Assembly (NCBI RefSeq): GCF_021869535.1
Contig: NW_026262593.1
Span: 13,392,001-13,456,000, forward strand
Reading direction: 5' to 3'
DNA from: Mytilus californianus
Taxonomy: Eukaryota
DNA: 64,000 bases
A program made the translations under genes and the position numbers. Each line of letters starts with the position of its first letter. The first letter of the stretch is position 1. A model generated the notes under the pieces. It was not told the origin of the DNA and made no database searches. It saw only the letters and a program-made list of their open reading frames with translations. Shown here one piece after another: positions 1 through 13,873 of the stretch.

Positions 1-234
1 TTTGGGCCCCTTTTTGCCCCTTAATTTCTAAACTGTTAGGACTATAACCCCCAAAATCAATCCCAACCTTTCTTTTGTGATTATAAACCTTGTGTTTAAA
101 TTTCATAGATTTCTATTTACATTTACTAAAGTTATTGTCCGGAAACCAAATATCTTCGGACGACGCTGACGACGACGACGACGACGACGTGATACCAATA
201 TACGACTGCAAAATTTTTTGCGGTCGTATAAAAA
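1..234 (+). mobile_element. 3' part of a non-autonomous Helentron/HINE-like element, same family as 23911-26430
   Basis: (GAC)n at ~161-189, then hairpin TATACGACTGCAAAA-TTTTTTGCGGTCGTATA (199-230) and an A-run. Sequence matches 26150-26430. Confidence 0.8.
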
Positions 235-259
235 TGACGAGATTTAATAAAGAAATTTT

Positions 260-369
260 TTAACTACAGTGCACCATTGTTAAATCTAATGATTCAAACA
301 GTCCAGCACTCTCATCAGACAATGACTTTTTGGTTCTGATTTTGAATTCAGAAGCAAGCATGCAATTCT
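260..369 (-). CDS. candidate terminal exon (xNCMLASEFKIRTKKSLSDESAGLFESLDLTMVHCS*)
   Basis: Acceptor tatgtttatag at 370, open frame to TAA at 260-262. No recognisable homology. Confidence 0.2.
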
Positions 370-884
370 CTATAAACATACATGAATTAATCATGTAAAA
401 CGAATATTTAAAAAAAAAAAAAAAAACAACATTTAATGACGTTTTGGGGAAACTGCATCTTCGTTTAAATCTCATAGTCCCCACTGTTCTCGTTTTACAA
501 CTTGAAAGTATAAAATTCAATCCACGCGTTCTCGCGTTCCTAGTCCGCGATTGGTGTGATTTCTGTCGAACTTTTGAGACTGCTACTAAGGGGAGGTAAC
601 ACCCGAAAGTAAGAAAAATGCCCCACGACCACAGAAAGTCCCAAAGAGGCAGCCAGACGTCAAAGCAATCTCGGACTATTCGATCTCATACCCTTTTCAG
701 ATTGAATATAATAAAATTCCAGAAGATTCTGAGTGTGATAAATCTGCTCCTACCCTATATATATATATATATTCCAAACAGACATTGTTTTACAGCATAA
801 CTTCCAAATTCCATCCTTTTCCCATTCCAACTCCTTTTCAGATAGAATAATTACTAATATCTATAAAGTTCCGTATATGATATG

Positions 885-1640
885 TCTGATCCTATCTATT
901 AGACCTTAGTCCCAATAGACCTCATCCTACCTATTAGACCTTAGTCCCAACATACCTGCTCCTATCTATTAGACCTTAGTCCCAATAGACCTGATCCTAT
1001 CTATTAGACCTAAGTCTCAATAGACCTGCTACTATCTATTAGACCTTAGTTCCAAAAGACCTGATCCTATCTATTAGACCTAATTCCCAATAGACCTTAT
1101 AGTCCCAACAGACCCGATCCTATCTATCAGATCTAAGTCCCAATAGACCCGATCCTATATATCAGACCTAGTTCCCAATAGACCCGATCCTATCTATCAG
1201 ACCTAAGTCCCAATAGACTCGATCCTATCTATCAGACATAAGTCTCAATAGACCTGATCCTATCTAGCAGACCTTATCCCCAATAGACCTGATCCTATCT
1301 ATACGACCTAAGTCACAATAGACCCGATCCTATATATCAGACCTTAGTCCCAATAGACCTGATCCTATCTATCCGACCTAATTCACAATAGACCCGATCC
1401 TATCTATCAGACCTAAGTCCTATTAGGCCCGATCTTATCTATCAGACCTAAGTCCCAATAGACCCGATCCTATCTATCAGACCTAAGTCCCAATAGACCC
1501 GAACCTATCTATCAGACCTAAGTCCCAATAGACCTGATCCTATCTATCAGACCTAAGTCCCAATATACCTGATCCTATCTTTTAGACCTTAGTCCCAATA
1601 GACCTGATACCATCTAATAGGCATTATTCCCAAAAGACCC
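885..1640. repeat. 35-bp minisatellite, ~21 units
   Basis: Unit GACCCGATCCTATCTATCAGACCTAAGTCCCAATA. Period 35 checked at 1441/1476. No spacers. Confidence 0.95.
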
Positions 1641-2842
1641 TCATTTTACATTTTAAGTTAAAATACAGCCTTTCCACCAGTCCATCCCGTTTTCGGATAG
1701 AATCAATCGTATGTAAGTGTCATTTGTCAGTGGATCGTTTGCATCCCATAATTTTACCAACCAAACAATTTACCTGAATAGAATAGATGAATACACACAG
1801 TATGTGAAGATTTTGGAGAAATAAACAAAAACATAACAAACACTTGACAATGTACAAAATCTAAATGTGAATAATAAATTAAAGTACATATATATTTAAA
1901 TTGTTTTTCTTATTTGTGGGAATAGCATACTAATTATAACTTTTTGTGTCTATTTTAAGATGATATAAATGTCAGCTGTCTGTTTTATAACATTTTTTTG
2001 TCATGTATTTCCATGTACGACATCATATTCGGACGACACGGTGATGTTCTTCTTACATTGAGGTTATGTTCTCTAGCAATGTACATATATGTAAAAGAAA
2101 GATAGTTTTAATGGTATATATTAGTCATACGGATGACTAGACTAAATTTAGATAATAATTGGCCGTTTAAGGTTATAACTGAGGTAAAAACGTTCATTTG
2201 TACTTTAGTGTAAACAATATTTTATTTTGAAAATAATAATAACGTAAACACTACAAAATGACAATTTTATTGGGATTGGAAAACAAGTGAATTTTCACTT
2301 TTACAAATTCCTCTCCCAATTTGTACTTTAAATGGTCACTAATCATGTGGTGAGCAATTATCGTGCGTGGTATGACGACTTTTAATTGCAAACCCATGTG
2401 GTCAAATGCAGAATGTGAAATTCTAAAATCAAAGAGTCTACTAAATAAAAAACTTTAAAAACTTTCAAACATTTTTATCAATATACAGAATTTTAAAAAT
2501 GCTTTTCTCGTCTACACATGTAGTTGAAGAAAAAAACATATAATGAATTTGTGTAAAAATGTGTTAAGAATAACATCAAGATTCAAATGAATCAACAGGT
2601 ATACTTTTAACATCAATGCACATACATATATTTACGTCGATGATATCATGATTTGGTTGTGAATGTCTCTGTTATCTCCTTTTTGAGACATGTACAAGCA
2701 TTCAAAAATTCATCAAAACTCAGTGCTGAACCACCCAAACCATTAACATTTTGATCTGATGACAATAACTTATCAGAGTTCGAAGTATTCAAAGATCTTT
2801 AGGAATTTAGGCAAAGATTCAAAGACCTTTTAAAAGAAGAAA

Positions 2843-2915
2843 CAAGGTAAAATTGAGAATGGAAATGGGGAATATTTCAAAGCGACAACAACCCGACCAA
2901 AGAGCAGAAAACTGG
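2843..2915 (-). mobile_element. short 3'-end fragment of an interspersed retro-type repeat
   Basis: AAATTGAGAATGGAAATGGGGAAT...ACAACAACCCGACC. Its minus-strand end loosely resembles the GTTGTCTCATTGGCAATCATACCACATC termini elsewhere in the window. Confidence 0.4.
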
Positions 2916-4419
2916 TAGTTTGACACTTTCTCTCATATGTTTGTAACTACCATGGGATCAGAGAAAACTAGAAAGAAATTACAAAGGCTGTAAATTTTTC
3001 AAACAGAATAATCTTTTGATTAATACACGTATCGGACGCAATCTATAACTTATTCAAAAATTTCTGTAAACAAACACGACAGCTTGTGGTTTACAATGAA
3101 TGTGGCGACATCTTGGAACACCTACGCAATCCAAATAGATTTTATATCGTTACATTACCAATATCAATACATATTTTATACCATCAATTTTTAATGAGTT
3201 TTTCAAAGTACTTTTAACATGTCGGCCAGCAATTAAATAAATTACCTACTCGGAAAAAAACTTGTATTCAAAGTTCATTTGTAACTTTTTTTTCACATCT
3301 GATAAAATAACCGAAATTTAAGCCCTTCAGTTTATACTATAAAAACTTCAACAAAAAGGCTATGTGGATTAGAAAGCTAAGGTTACCAAGGTTACTAGGA
3401 ACACATTTTTGCTGATCAAAACGCTTGGGATAGTTGTATCTAGAATGGGACAAAACAATGATTATAAGAAATAAATGGAGCGATTGGGTATACATCAGTG
3501 AGACACCAATAAAACCAGAATTATTCATATGTCTTGTGTCTCGCTGGTAGATTTTCTTTTTCTTTAGATATGTTAATCTTTAGATAAATTTGCATTAGAA
3601 GGAATAATTTCTTATGAAAAATATGATAGTCTTCATTCTTGCCTCATATAATTTCTATAAAATAAAAGAAGTGGAGACTTGATTTATATATATATCTTAA
3701 TGCTGACAAACTGTATAATTGATGGAAAAATACTCCTTGTCCCATCGTTTTATATATAAAACAGGAACAGGTCTATTTTTTTTTATACTCTCTCCTTCTC
3801 TCTGATTTTTCAATATAAATGTTCGGTCTGTGCCTGTCAAAGCAGTTGAATTCTATCTAAATTTCATTTAAGACCGTTGTAGTGCGAAGTTGGGTGGAAT
3901 TTATCTGTTTCATTTAAGTACGTTGTGATGTGTTGTTAAGAAATATGTTGTAGTTTTTTGTTTAATCTTTACTGATCCTGTAAGTCAGCTATGAAAAAAT
4001 TATAAAACTTAAAAAATATATTTTTAATACGCAAATAAAAGTATACAAAGTGTACAACAAACAACTTACATACCAATAAGCTAAATACAATTTGAAGATT
4101 AAATAACCTTTTTTTCACATAAAATATAAAAAGTAACCGCCATACAAAGCTCGAATATTTATTGTTACAGGTAGGCAAGTGTAAGGAATTATCATGAACA
4201 ATTGGAAGCATATACAACACGATACATCAATTGTATGAGGATAACATTCCGGCGCATGCCTGTGTGTGGTTACTTTAAAATTAATTTTATCTTTTTTTTA
4301 ATTTATGAAATTTACAATTTCATTTAACTTTCAATGTTTACCTTTTATATTTATATATATATTTCATATTGAAATAAAAACAATAGGCACATTTAGTTTA
4401 GGTGAGAGAATTTTTTAAG

Positions 4420-4700
4420 GAGGACTTCATAAGTGAGCGCATCCTTAAAATTGTCTGTGGAGGTTTGGTTTGAGATTTCACTGGTGGTAATTTATTCCAA
4501 TCTTAGTTTGTTTGGCTAAAGAATGAAAATTTAAAACTGTCTTTGTTACACTGAAGTTGTCTGTATGTTTGTTGATGGGTAGATATTGTTTTAGACTGGA
4601 GTATATCTTGCGATGGTATTGCATTTATTGCATTTCATTCAGTTTTATGACGTTTAAGTCTGGTTTTTAACATGCGTTCTTGTAAGGTTTGCCAGTTTAG
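4420..4700 (-). mobile_element. decayed 3' end of a non-LTR retrotransposon ORF2 (CR1/L2-group-like)
   Basis: Translates IPSQDILQSKTISTHQQTYRQLQCNKDSFKFSFFSQTN*DWNKLPP, matching the YxFSFFPRTIxxWNxLP C-terminal motif. In-frame stops present. Confidence 0.7.
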
Positions 4701-5710
4701 ATTATGTAGCATTTCGTATATACTAGTAGTGAAAAGTATATATGTTGTTAAATTAAAAATTATACGTAATCTGGTTATAAATGTAAACATAATTTTTTAC
4801 CAATCGTGTATTTATAGAATGCATGCGAGAAAAGAAGCAATAACTTGATATATGTAGACAAAATATATGAGGTATTTCGACTACCCAGTATCTGAATGGA
4901 ACAATACGTCACAGACATGGCATCGTTACCAAATATTTTCATTCATGAAGTAATACATATTCGGGACAAAATGCCAACATCTGAATGGCATAAAGTCACA
5001 TGATCTGACGTAAAAAATCACTCCTTCATCACCAGATGTCACCACTTTATGTCAAGCATAGAACGTTAGCCTTTGATCAGACTTTTATGATTACTTCTTA
5101 CCACATACAATACAACATCTTGTTTAACATGTACCACGCATTTTACAAGTAATGTAAAATATACATAAGACTTTATGTTGATGCAATATTTTATACAAAT
5201 ACTTCTGTTTTTGTTGTTGTTGTTTTAAGAGGTTGGAAGGATGTGTTTTTGCTTTAATTTAATTTTCTTTTCTTTAATCTATTTCTTAAGTTTTGTGTCC
5301 CTCCCCCCGATTGTTCGGTGTTTGTTTTTTCTCTTTCGTTCTTTTTTAGGGGGGGGGGGGGGGTTAATATTTCGGTGAACGGAATAGAATGTTCGAGCTT
5401 GAATTCTCTAGGATTTGACCATTATTTTTTTCTTGTCAATTGATCCATATTTTATATACATCCCTAAATATTCCTACGCTTCTGACTTAGAAGGATGGCT
5501 TATTTCAATTCTATTTGGAAGGAAGACTTATTTTAATTCTATCTGGAAGGAGAATAGAGAACTACGTCGGAAACTCACCGTTCGTACTTGACAACCCCCA
5601 AAATGATTGAAAATACGGACTTACGGACAGGCAATCGGCGAACAATGATACATTGTATATGAAAAATCCGCACGCTTAATATATGGGTGGGATACACGTA
5701 TAGATGTAAA

Positions 5711-5803
5711 TATAAAAATAAGAAGATGTGGTATAATTGCCAATGAGACAACTCTCCACCAGAGAACAAATGACATAGAAGTTAACAACTATAGGTCACC
5801 GTA
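5711..5803 (-). mobile_element. short 5'-truncated copy of the Penelope-associated 3' repeat
   Basis: ATAAGAAGATGTGGTATAATTGCCAATGAGACAACTCTCC is the reverse complement of the terminus at 63790-63835. Confidence 0.75.
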
Positions 5804-6176
5804 GACTAAGGTCGATCTACATTTTGATATTTTTCTTTTCTAAAATACAGCGTATATTGATCTCTATATATGTGCCTTTTGATGCTGTCTCATTGAGTAT
5901 TTTCCACACTTAATTCTATACTAATATCGATAAAAATGTATGACTACATATTACCATATTGAGGAAAAATGTTGACTAATAAACTCATAAACCTACTTAC
6001 AATAGTATTAAACTTTGTTTATAATATTATTCTGTCTCGACAAACAATATACGCCCTAGTTAAGCCTCAAGAAAACGCGATATAACCAACAACGCATTGA
6101 TGTGATAGTAATATTGGATGCAAAGATGTGGGTACCCCGATTACCCGGCTTTGCCATGGCGTCAGGCAACCCAATA

Positions 6177-6295
6177 TAAAAATAAGGAGATATGGTATGA
6201 TTCAAATGAATTGGTTATAAGCAATCATAAGCCATCGTACGACCAACAACAATGAGGGAAAAACCGTATACATAGTCGGCTACAAAAGGCCCAGT
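6177..6295 (-). mobile_element. degenerate copy of the same 3' repeat
   Basis: TATAAAAATAAGGAGATATGGTATGATT...CGGCTACAAAAGGCCC resembles the reverse complement of 63700-63835. Confidence 0.55.
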
Positions 6296-6444
6296 CCTAT
6301 TTATTAAAGAAACATTGCTGTTAAAATAATTCAATTCCTCCTTTGCTTAATTACCACAGGAAAATGAGGGTGTGTTTAATGTGCTCCCTAAAATGGTCAT
6401 CTACGGAACTGTTACTATACAAGGAATGTTTGTCATTGGAAACA

Positions 6445-7816
6445 CTCGACATTACATACCGACAATACATGAACTGTCTGTGTATTTATACTCGACAATA
6501 CATACCGACAATACATGAACTGTCTGTGTATTTATACTCGACAATACATACCGACAATACATGAACTGTCTGTGTATTTATACTCGACATTACATACCGA
6601 CAATACATGAACTGTCTGTGTATTTATACTCGACAATACATACCGACAATACATGAACTGTCTGTGTATTTATACTCGACAATACATACCGACAATACAT
6701 GAACTGTCTGTGTATTTATACTCGACAATACATACCGACAATACATGAACTGTCTGTGTATTTATACTCGACAATACATACCGACAATACATGAACTGTC
6801 TGTGTATTTATACTCGACAATACATACCGACAATACATGAACTGTCTGTGTATTTATACTCGACAATACATACCGACAATACATGAACTGTCTGTGTATT
6901 TATACTCGACAATACATACCGACAATACATGAACTGTCTGTGTATTTATACTCGACAATACATACCGACAATACATGAACTGTCTGTGTATTTATACTCG
7001 ACAATACATACCGACAATACATGAACTGTCTGTGTATGTATACTCGACAATACATACCGACAATACATGAACTGTCTGTGTATTTATACTCGACAATACA
7101 TACCGACAATACATGAACTGTCTGTGTATGTATACTCGACAATACATACCGACAATACATGAACTGTCTGTGTATGTATACTCGACAATACATACCGACA
7201 ATACATGAACTGTCTGTGTATTTATACTCGACATTACATACCGACAATACATGAACTGTCTGTGTATTTATACTCGACATTACATACCGACAATACATGA
7301 ACTGTCTGTGTATTTATACTCGACATTACATACCGACAAAACATGAACTGTCTGTGTATTTATACTCGACAATACATACCGACAATACATGAACTGTCTG
7401 TGTATGTATACTCGACAATACATACCGACAATACATGAACTGTCTGTGTATGTATACTCGACATTACATACCGACAAGACATGAACTGTCTGTGTATTTA
7501 TACTCGACAATACATACCGACAAGACATGAACTGTCTGTGTATTTATACTCGACAATACATACCGACAAGACATGAACTGTCTGTGTATTTATACTCGAC
7601 AATACATACCGACAATACATGAACTGTCTGTGTATTTATACTCGACAATACATACCGACAAGACATGAACTGTCTGTGTATTTATACTCGACAATACATA
7701 CCGACAAGACATGAACTGTCTGTGTATTTATACTCGACATTACATACCGACAATACATGAACTGTCTGTGTATTTATACTCGACAATACATACCGACAAG
7801 ACATGAACTGTCTGTG
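6445..7816. repeat. highly homogeneous 46-bp minisatellite, ~30 units
   Basis: Unit CTCGACAATACATACCGACAATACATGAACTGTCTGTGTATTTATA, period 46 (6491/6537), with an internal CGACAATACAT duplication. Confidence 0.97.
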
Positions 7817-8233
7817 AAGATTAATCTTACAGCACACGCCTACGCTAATATTGTTTGTTTGTTTTTTTATCAATTACATGAATACTCTTATTTTTTTTTT
7901 CGGATACCATACCAATTTGGATGGTATGTCTAAGTAAATAAAAGGCAGCGTATTGTTAAAGTTGGCATTAATTCCACTTCAAAGGCAGAACTTTTATTAA
8001 TTTATATAAATCAACTGATATGTATCGTGATAGTGATCAATTAAAAAAAAAAACGAAAACAAAAAACAAAAATAAAAAGCAAAAACAAATAATACTGTTT
8101 TGACCATGGCCTTTCTATACAAGGTTCAAAGGCATAAAACATAGTATATATAGCCTTCATTTCCCGTCGCAATAACTCAAGTTGCTTCTTTTCTTTAATT
8201 GTGTTTAATTATTCATTTTCAATAAAATCTTAC

Positions 8234-8290
8234 AATGAAATTATCAGGAAGCTGAGACGATATAAAAGCGCTTGTCCGCAGAACATTCAC
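8234..8290 (-). CDS. candidate internal exon (VNVLRTSAFISSQLPDNFI), phase 0-0
   Basis: Acceptor atgtttatag, donor ATT|gtaaga, 57 nt open. Confidence 0.25.
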
Positions 8291-11200
8291 CTATAAACAT
8301 TGATTTGTTTCCGTATAGACGGTTGTAGACCTATATGTGTAATATTTCACGCCAATGACAGCAGATTGGACGTCTAGACTGGTCGGTCGATTTCATAATG
8401 ATGCAGAATCTGCACATATATAAAAACAGTTTTCGATTGAATTGTTTTGTGACCAATCTAAATCCAAGTTTTGTAATACCATAATCCCATCTCAGATTCG
8501 ATACCAGTTTCTTTTTAGAAACACCTGAGCAGGTACACCGCATCTAAGTGTGTCGCAGATGGAAAGCTATATTTTTGTATCCTGTATCAGTCAAATTCTA
8601 AAGTGATCTAAAATCCAAAATATGGATTGATTAGCGATTATTTTTTTATTATTTTTTTTTCTAAAAGAAATGACCCTTTGACCAAAGACGTTAGAATGTA
8701 AAAATATTATTATCTAGTCGACGTAACCCAGTCTGCCTGCATTCCACAGATTGTTTCTACAGCTTTTCTTTATAATTCTTCAGAGATAAGACTATCTAAA
8801 TTTAACAGGCGTGCATGTATACATTCTTCCACGAACGCCGAATTCTAATCGTGACTTAATAAATTGTTTAGTGCACAAGTTATGCTATTACGAACGTTAA
8901 ACAGGATTTTCTTCCCAAATCTGAGTTTAAGAATACATGTAGCAAATACATCGTTAATAAATATATATAATGCAAAACAAAGTGTTTATCATGTTTCTTT
9001 CAAAATCATGTGAATAAAAAGAAGTTGTGTAAAAAAAGTTGACATTTCACAGCTATCCGAAATCCACAAACTATAGACAAATTGGTCGCATACGATGGAA
9101 AAACACTCCGAGTCGAGTCAAGATAAAGTGCGAATCGCATGAATGCACGCACATACCATGAACAGAAAACAACAGTTTACTGATAAAACTATAGACTTGG
9201 ACAGGCACATGCAAATGTATGTGTTCAGCTACCCTCGACTAAAGTTCAAATTCACATAAGACAAGTAAAAATGTGTCCAGTATGAACATACACGAATATA
9301 TTCACCAACGAGCTGTTTTAAAGTCATTCTTATGTAAAGGCATTTTTTCTACATTAAATAATATCAATCTATTTTATCTAAACTAAAGCATTCATCTAGA
9401 ATAGAGAATAGGACGACATTCTATAATGTTAAACTTATATTGTCAAAGCATTCAATCTTGATGTTTATCTACAATAAAATAATATTAAACTACTTAACTA
9501 AACTAAGACAGACGACATTTTCAACTTGTTAAAGAAAACTACAAATTCGAAAATGTACAATAATTTCAAAATGCATGAATGTACCATCAGTTTAACAACG
9601 ACTTTACGAATTTCACATTACTATAATATATATTCGAAATTTTCATTATCATTCTCTGTTATATACTCTCCTTGTTTTTGATCTATATATACTACGTGTG
9701 CATATAATTACAAGTTCAGTGCTTTTCTATAAGTATAAACCATTAACATAGCCCATGTAAATCGAGATAAAGTGTCTCTGACGCAAGACAAAACAAATAC
9801 AAACTTTAACAGAAAGTAGTATTATATACCTATATGAAAGATTTCAGATGAATGAGTACTTGATTTAGAAGATTTAATTCAATATCTATGGACGGTTATA
9901 ATTGACGTCATGGAAAAATTATCACCCGTATTGACTTCATGTACATGTATATAACTATGTAGGCGGGACCCTAACATGCACGTGTATCCATGGAACCTTA
10001 ATATACATCACACAGATGCAACTCCATCATTTTGCATCAAATTGTGACGTATTGCGACGCGTTGGTCTAAACATGGACACCTGGTGAACTCGTTGAAGAG
10101 CCGAATATAGGAATTAAATCGTGGCTGATTGTCACCTCTCGAACTGCATGTTATCAGACTTCGTTACACCTGTGTATAATGTACTTTTGACATATATAAA
10201 CGGGGACACAACAGTTAACCTAAAACCCAAACACTTTTACTTTCATGGATTAATTTTTGTATTTAATCTATGTTAAAATCAACGTTGCTTTTGAAGTATG
10301 GTCCATCGGGAGATCGCTGGCGCGAATTCAGATACATGTAGGTCAAGTTATAGCCATTGTTTTTGTCAAAATATGGCCCTCTAACTCACAATTCTTAGGA
10401 GCGCCCCTAACATCAATTTCTAAAGTGCCTAGATAGTTCAGGGTGATCCTAAAACCATCCATTCCCAATCAGAAAACACTGTTTTTCATCGGGAGATGAT
10501 CTCTAGTATAAAAGTACCTTTAAAAAGTACATCGCTGCACAAGAACAAGTATTTTACACGCCAAATTAAGCGAATCGAGGCATTCTGCATGGTGGTACAC
10601 ATTTTGATGGCTATCTCTCTGCTTCATTTACCTATTTAGTTCAAGTTACCGCCCAAACATTGAAAATTTGGGGTGTCTGGCCTAAATACTCAGACAGATA
10701 AAAAGTGACCTGATTTCTAAAAATAATTAATGCGTTTTAATTAGCACAAAGTAATTTACTGGACTAATTCTTTACGTTTTTCCAACAGTTCGTGAAAAGC
10801 AGATAAGAAATGTGATTTTCGCACGCTAAGTTCGTCTTCTCGTTAAATGTTTTAAAAATGCTTATAGGTCAAATAGGTCATAAAACACATCTAAGGATAA
10901 GATATGTGATATGACTCAAGAGTGCTGTTTTTTGCATGATAATTCCATGGCTTGAATTTTTATTCAGTATAATCATTGATTTGACTTTTCATAGGTTCAT
11001 CTTCTAAGTTGGAGCGGACTTGTGCTATTAATTCCACACCGCACTTAAAAGACAGGAAGAGAGTCACTTTCGTTTAACATTAAGACGAGCGGATGATATA
11101 ACTTCGTCTCTTTGTTAAAAGACTTGCTGTTGCTTTAATACACACTGACGGTATAAAACTAGAGGTATCAAATCGTCAGTAAAAGGATGAAAAGTTTACA

Positions 11201-13096
11201 TAGACCCAAGACTGAATCTTGCGGGAGACCTTAAACCTTTCTTCTTGATAGTTATTATTTAAGTCCAAATATAACATGATCAGAGTTCAAATTACAGCAG
11301 ATCAGTGAAGTGGCAGAACTTTTACTTCACTCAAAAAGGGGAATTGTGGGAATGACAAATGAATAATGATAATCTTATCGAAAATGTAGTCAGTTATTTT
11401 ACATGAGAGATTATCAATGGTTCAATTCAACATAAGGTCTCTCCCATAGAACAACAGGAATAAACCGGTCGACATATTCCAGTAAAGGTGGAAATACTTG
11501 CAGACTGTTCGGGCTGGGTAAACATATGCTGAGTTTAAATGATTATATTATTATGGATGATTTCCTAGTGTGGAAACGGTACTGTGGTCTAGTGTAACCA
11601 TAATATATGGCATTTTGTATCTCTTTATCAAGCATCGACGTAAATTTTATATTTTCCCTTTTTTTTCTTGGTACTATCATATCATGGGATCCGCCATCTT
11701 GATGAATTTAAAACCAATCCCTTAACAGACTGCAGTTTCTTGAGAAATACAATTCTCTATATCTTTTAAATGTCACAGAATATCGATTGAACTGCACAAT
11801 AATTCTCCTTTGATCAAATACCGAACTATGCAACAGATTTATAACCGCTGATTGAACGAAGCTTAGAATGCTTCGTATTAGACAAATAATGCATGTATTG
11901 GAATTGATGAATTATGCAGCGGAGGGAAACAAAATAAGAACATTGCGAAATAATCTCTTTTGAGTTCGAATAAGAGATTTACAACTAGGTCTAGGATAAA
12001 AAACATGACATCAGTTTTAACAATGAATGCAACGTCTTCACACAGGAGGATATAGCAGTGTATAAACCAGTATACAGTTAGAAACAAATAAAAATACGGT
12101 GGTTCCCATATCTATAGATTATATTAGTACTGAAGTGACATATAATGCAGATTAAAACATTTTTATTTATAGGATCGATAAATGTTGTCAAGCCACTACA
12201 TGTATTAACTACATCATGTACATTATGTAATACATGAGTTGTATAAACTTCATAAAACTGGAATATTCCACATGAACATATATATATATATATATACAAA
12301 ATCGATTTAGTCAATAATAGTTCAATCGTTCAATTATTACATCTAGAATATCCGTGTTGATAAAAAAAAAAGAAATATGCTAACATCTTTAAGCCTGCTT
12401 TCTCTCTCAACAATGTTCTTACTACCAGTTAAACTGGTAAACTTTTTCCACAAACTTTTTGTAATATTTCATGTTCTTTCTCCATTTATCCGAGAGCAAG
12501 AAGAACGTTAAATACCTTAACAGACGAAAATATATACACTTTAGAAAAGTAAAGTGATATTGAAAATTGCTATAGGAATTAAATAAACAAAACAATAATT
12601 GATTTAAACAAAATAGTAATTCTATTTTACATAGAGGACAACAAAAAACATCCACGTGCAATTTTCACTCAAAGATTCTTTCATAATCATTTTTATTTTT
12701 ACTCATATTGTATAATATAGGATAGAATATATAAAATCAGGGAATAACTGACATTTCAAGGCGGAACAAAAAAGGAATATTAGATTTTTGAGTTTTTAAA
12801 TTCATACTATTTTAATTGTTTGACGAGACCGAACTAGAGACCTACATTGCCTCACAATTCACATAGAAGAAAATTGCAAATCGTCATACTTTGAAGTAAC
12901 ACCTAGAAACAAGGAATCACAAGTTAACAATTAGTACAAATATTAAAACTCAGTACTTTCAGCATTATGAAATTTGAATAAAAGCAAATTACCAAGACGC
13001 TGAGATTTTAACTCAATTACACGATATACTTTAAATGACAAAGTGCCTGTTTAAAACAATAACGACATTCAATACAACAATAATGATCAAACACTA

Positions 13097-13275
13097 AATC
13101 GTTTACGGAAGCATAATATGGCGATACACTTGTATAACTTAAATAAGTGTAATCGTTTACGGAAGCATAATATGGCGATACACTTGTATAACTTAAATAA
13201 GTGTAATCGTTTACGGAAGCGTAATATGGCGATACACTTGTATAACTTAAATAAGTGTAATCGTTTACGGAAGTA
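13097..13275. repeat. 54-bp tandem repeat, ~3.3 units
   Basis: Starts at 13097, 13151, 13205, 13259. Unit contains TACACTT...AAGTGTA dyad. Confidence 0.95.
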
Positions 13276-13654
13276 TAAAAAATTGAAATACTTTTATAAT
13301 TTCATTTAAGTGCAACCGGTTACGGAAGCAGAAAATTAAACGTAAAATAAACCAATCAGTATCTAGCAAGATGCAATATGCAATCATGCAGATAACAAGT
13401 ACGGATTTACCATATGCCTGCGATTAAATCATACCTCAATTTACAGAAGAGTGAACGTGTAAAAGTTAGCTTATTCATTGGCTTATTTATTCCACAAGTA
13501 ACTTTTTTCCGAGGGGCTCAGATGAATGAATAGCTCCCTCATTGTCAATTTCGCGAGACACTAGTATTCTATATACTCTACGTGTTCACTACAGGCCCTT
13601 TATTGGTGATTGCTTGATTGCTTGTTGGTGTATAGCGCAACTTTCAGCACGATT

Positions 13655-13873
13655 GCATGGCTATATCGTGGTGGCCAGTCTTTATTGGTGGAGGAAGTCG
13701 GAGTATCCCGAGAGAACCAACGACTTTCGGCAGGAAAACTGAGAATCGAAGTCAATTAAGATTGGGGTCGAGCGCACCTGAAACGTTCGGAGTTCGAACT
13801 CACAACCTCAGTGTTGACAGGCTAATGATACAGTAGATGAACTACTTAGACCACTTGGCCACCGAGGCCACCC
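13655..13873 (-). mobile_element. tRNA-derived SINE with V-type central domain (RUDI/BivaV-like)
   Basis: Pol III A box TGGCCAAGTGG (13851-13861) and B box GAGTTCGAACTCC (13789-13801). Central GGTTCTCTCGGGATACTCCGACTTCCTCCACC resembles the V-SINE domain. Confidence 0.75.

Noticed and set aside
6343-7873. Cys/Tyr/Val-rich ORFs (MYCRYV...)
   Set aside because: They are translations of the 46-bp minisatellite. The period is not a multiple of 3.
13118-13309. ORF with MAIHLYNLNKCNRLRKHN repeats
   Set aside because: It is confined to the 54-bp tandem repeat, with no other coding evidence.
13789-13873. tRNA gene
   Set aside because: A and B boxes are present, but no complete cloverleaf, and the sequence continues into a SINE body.
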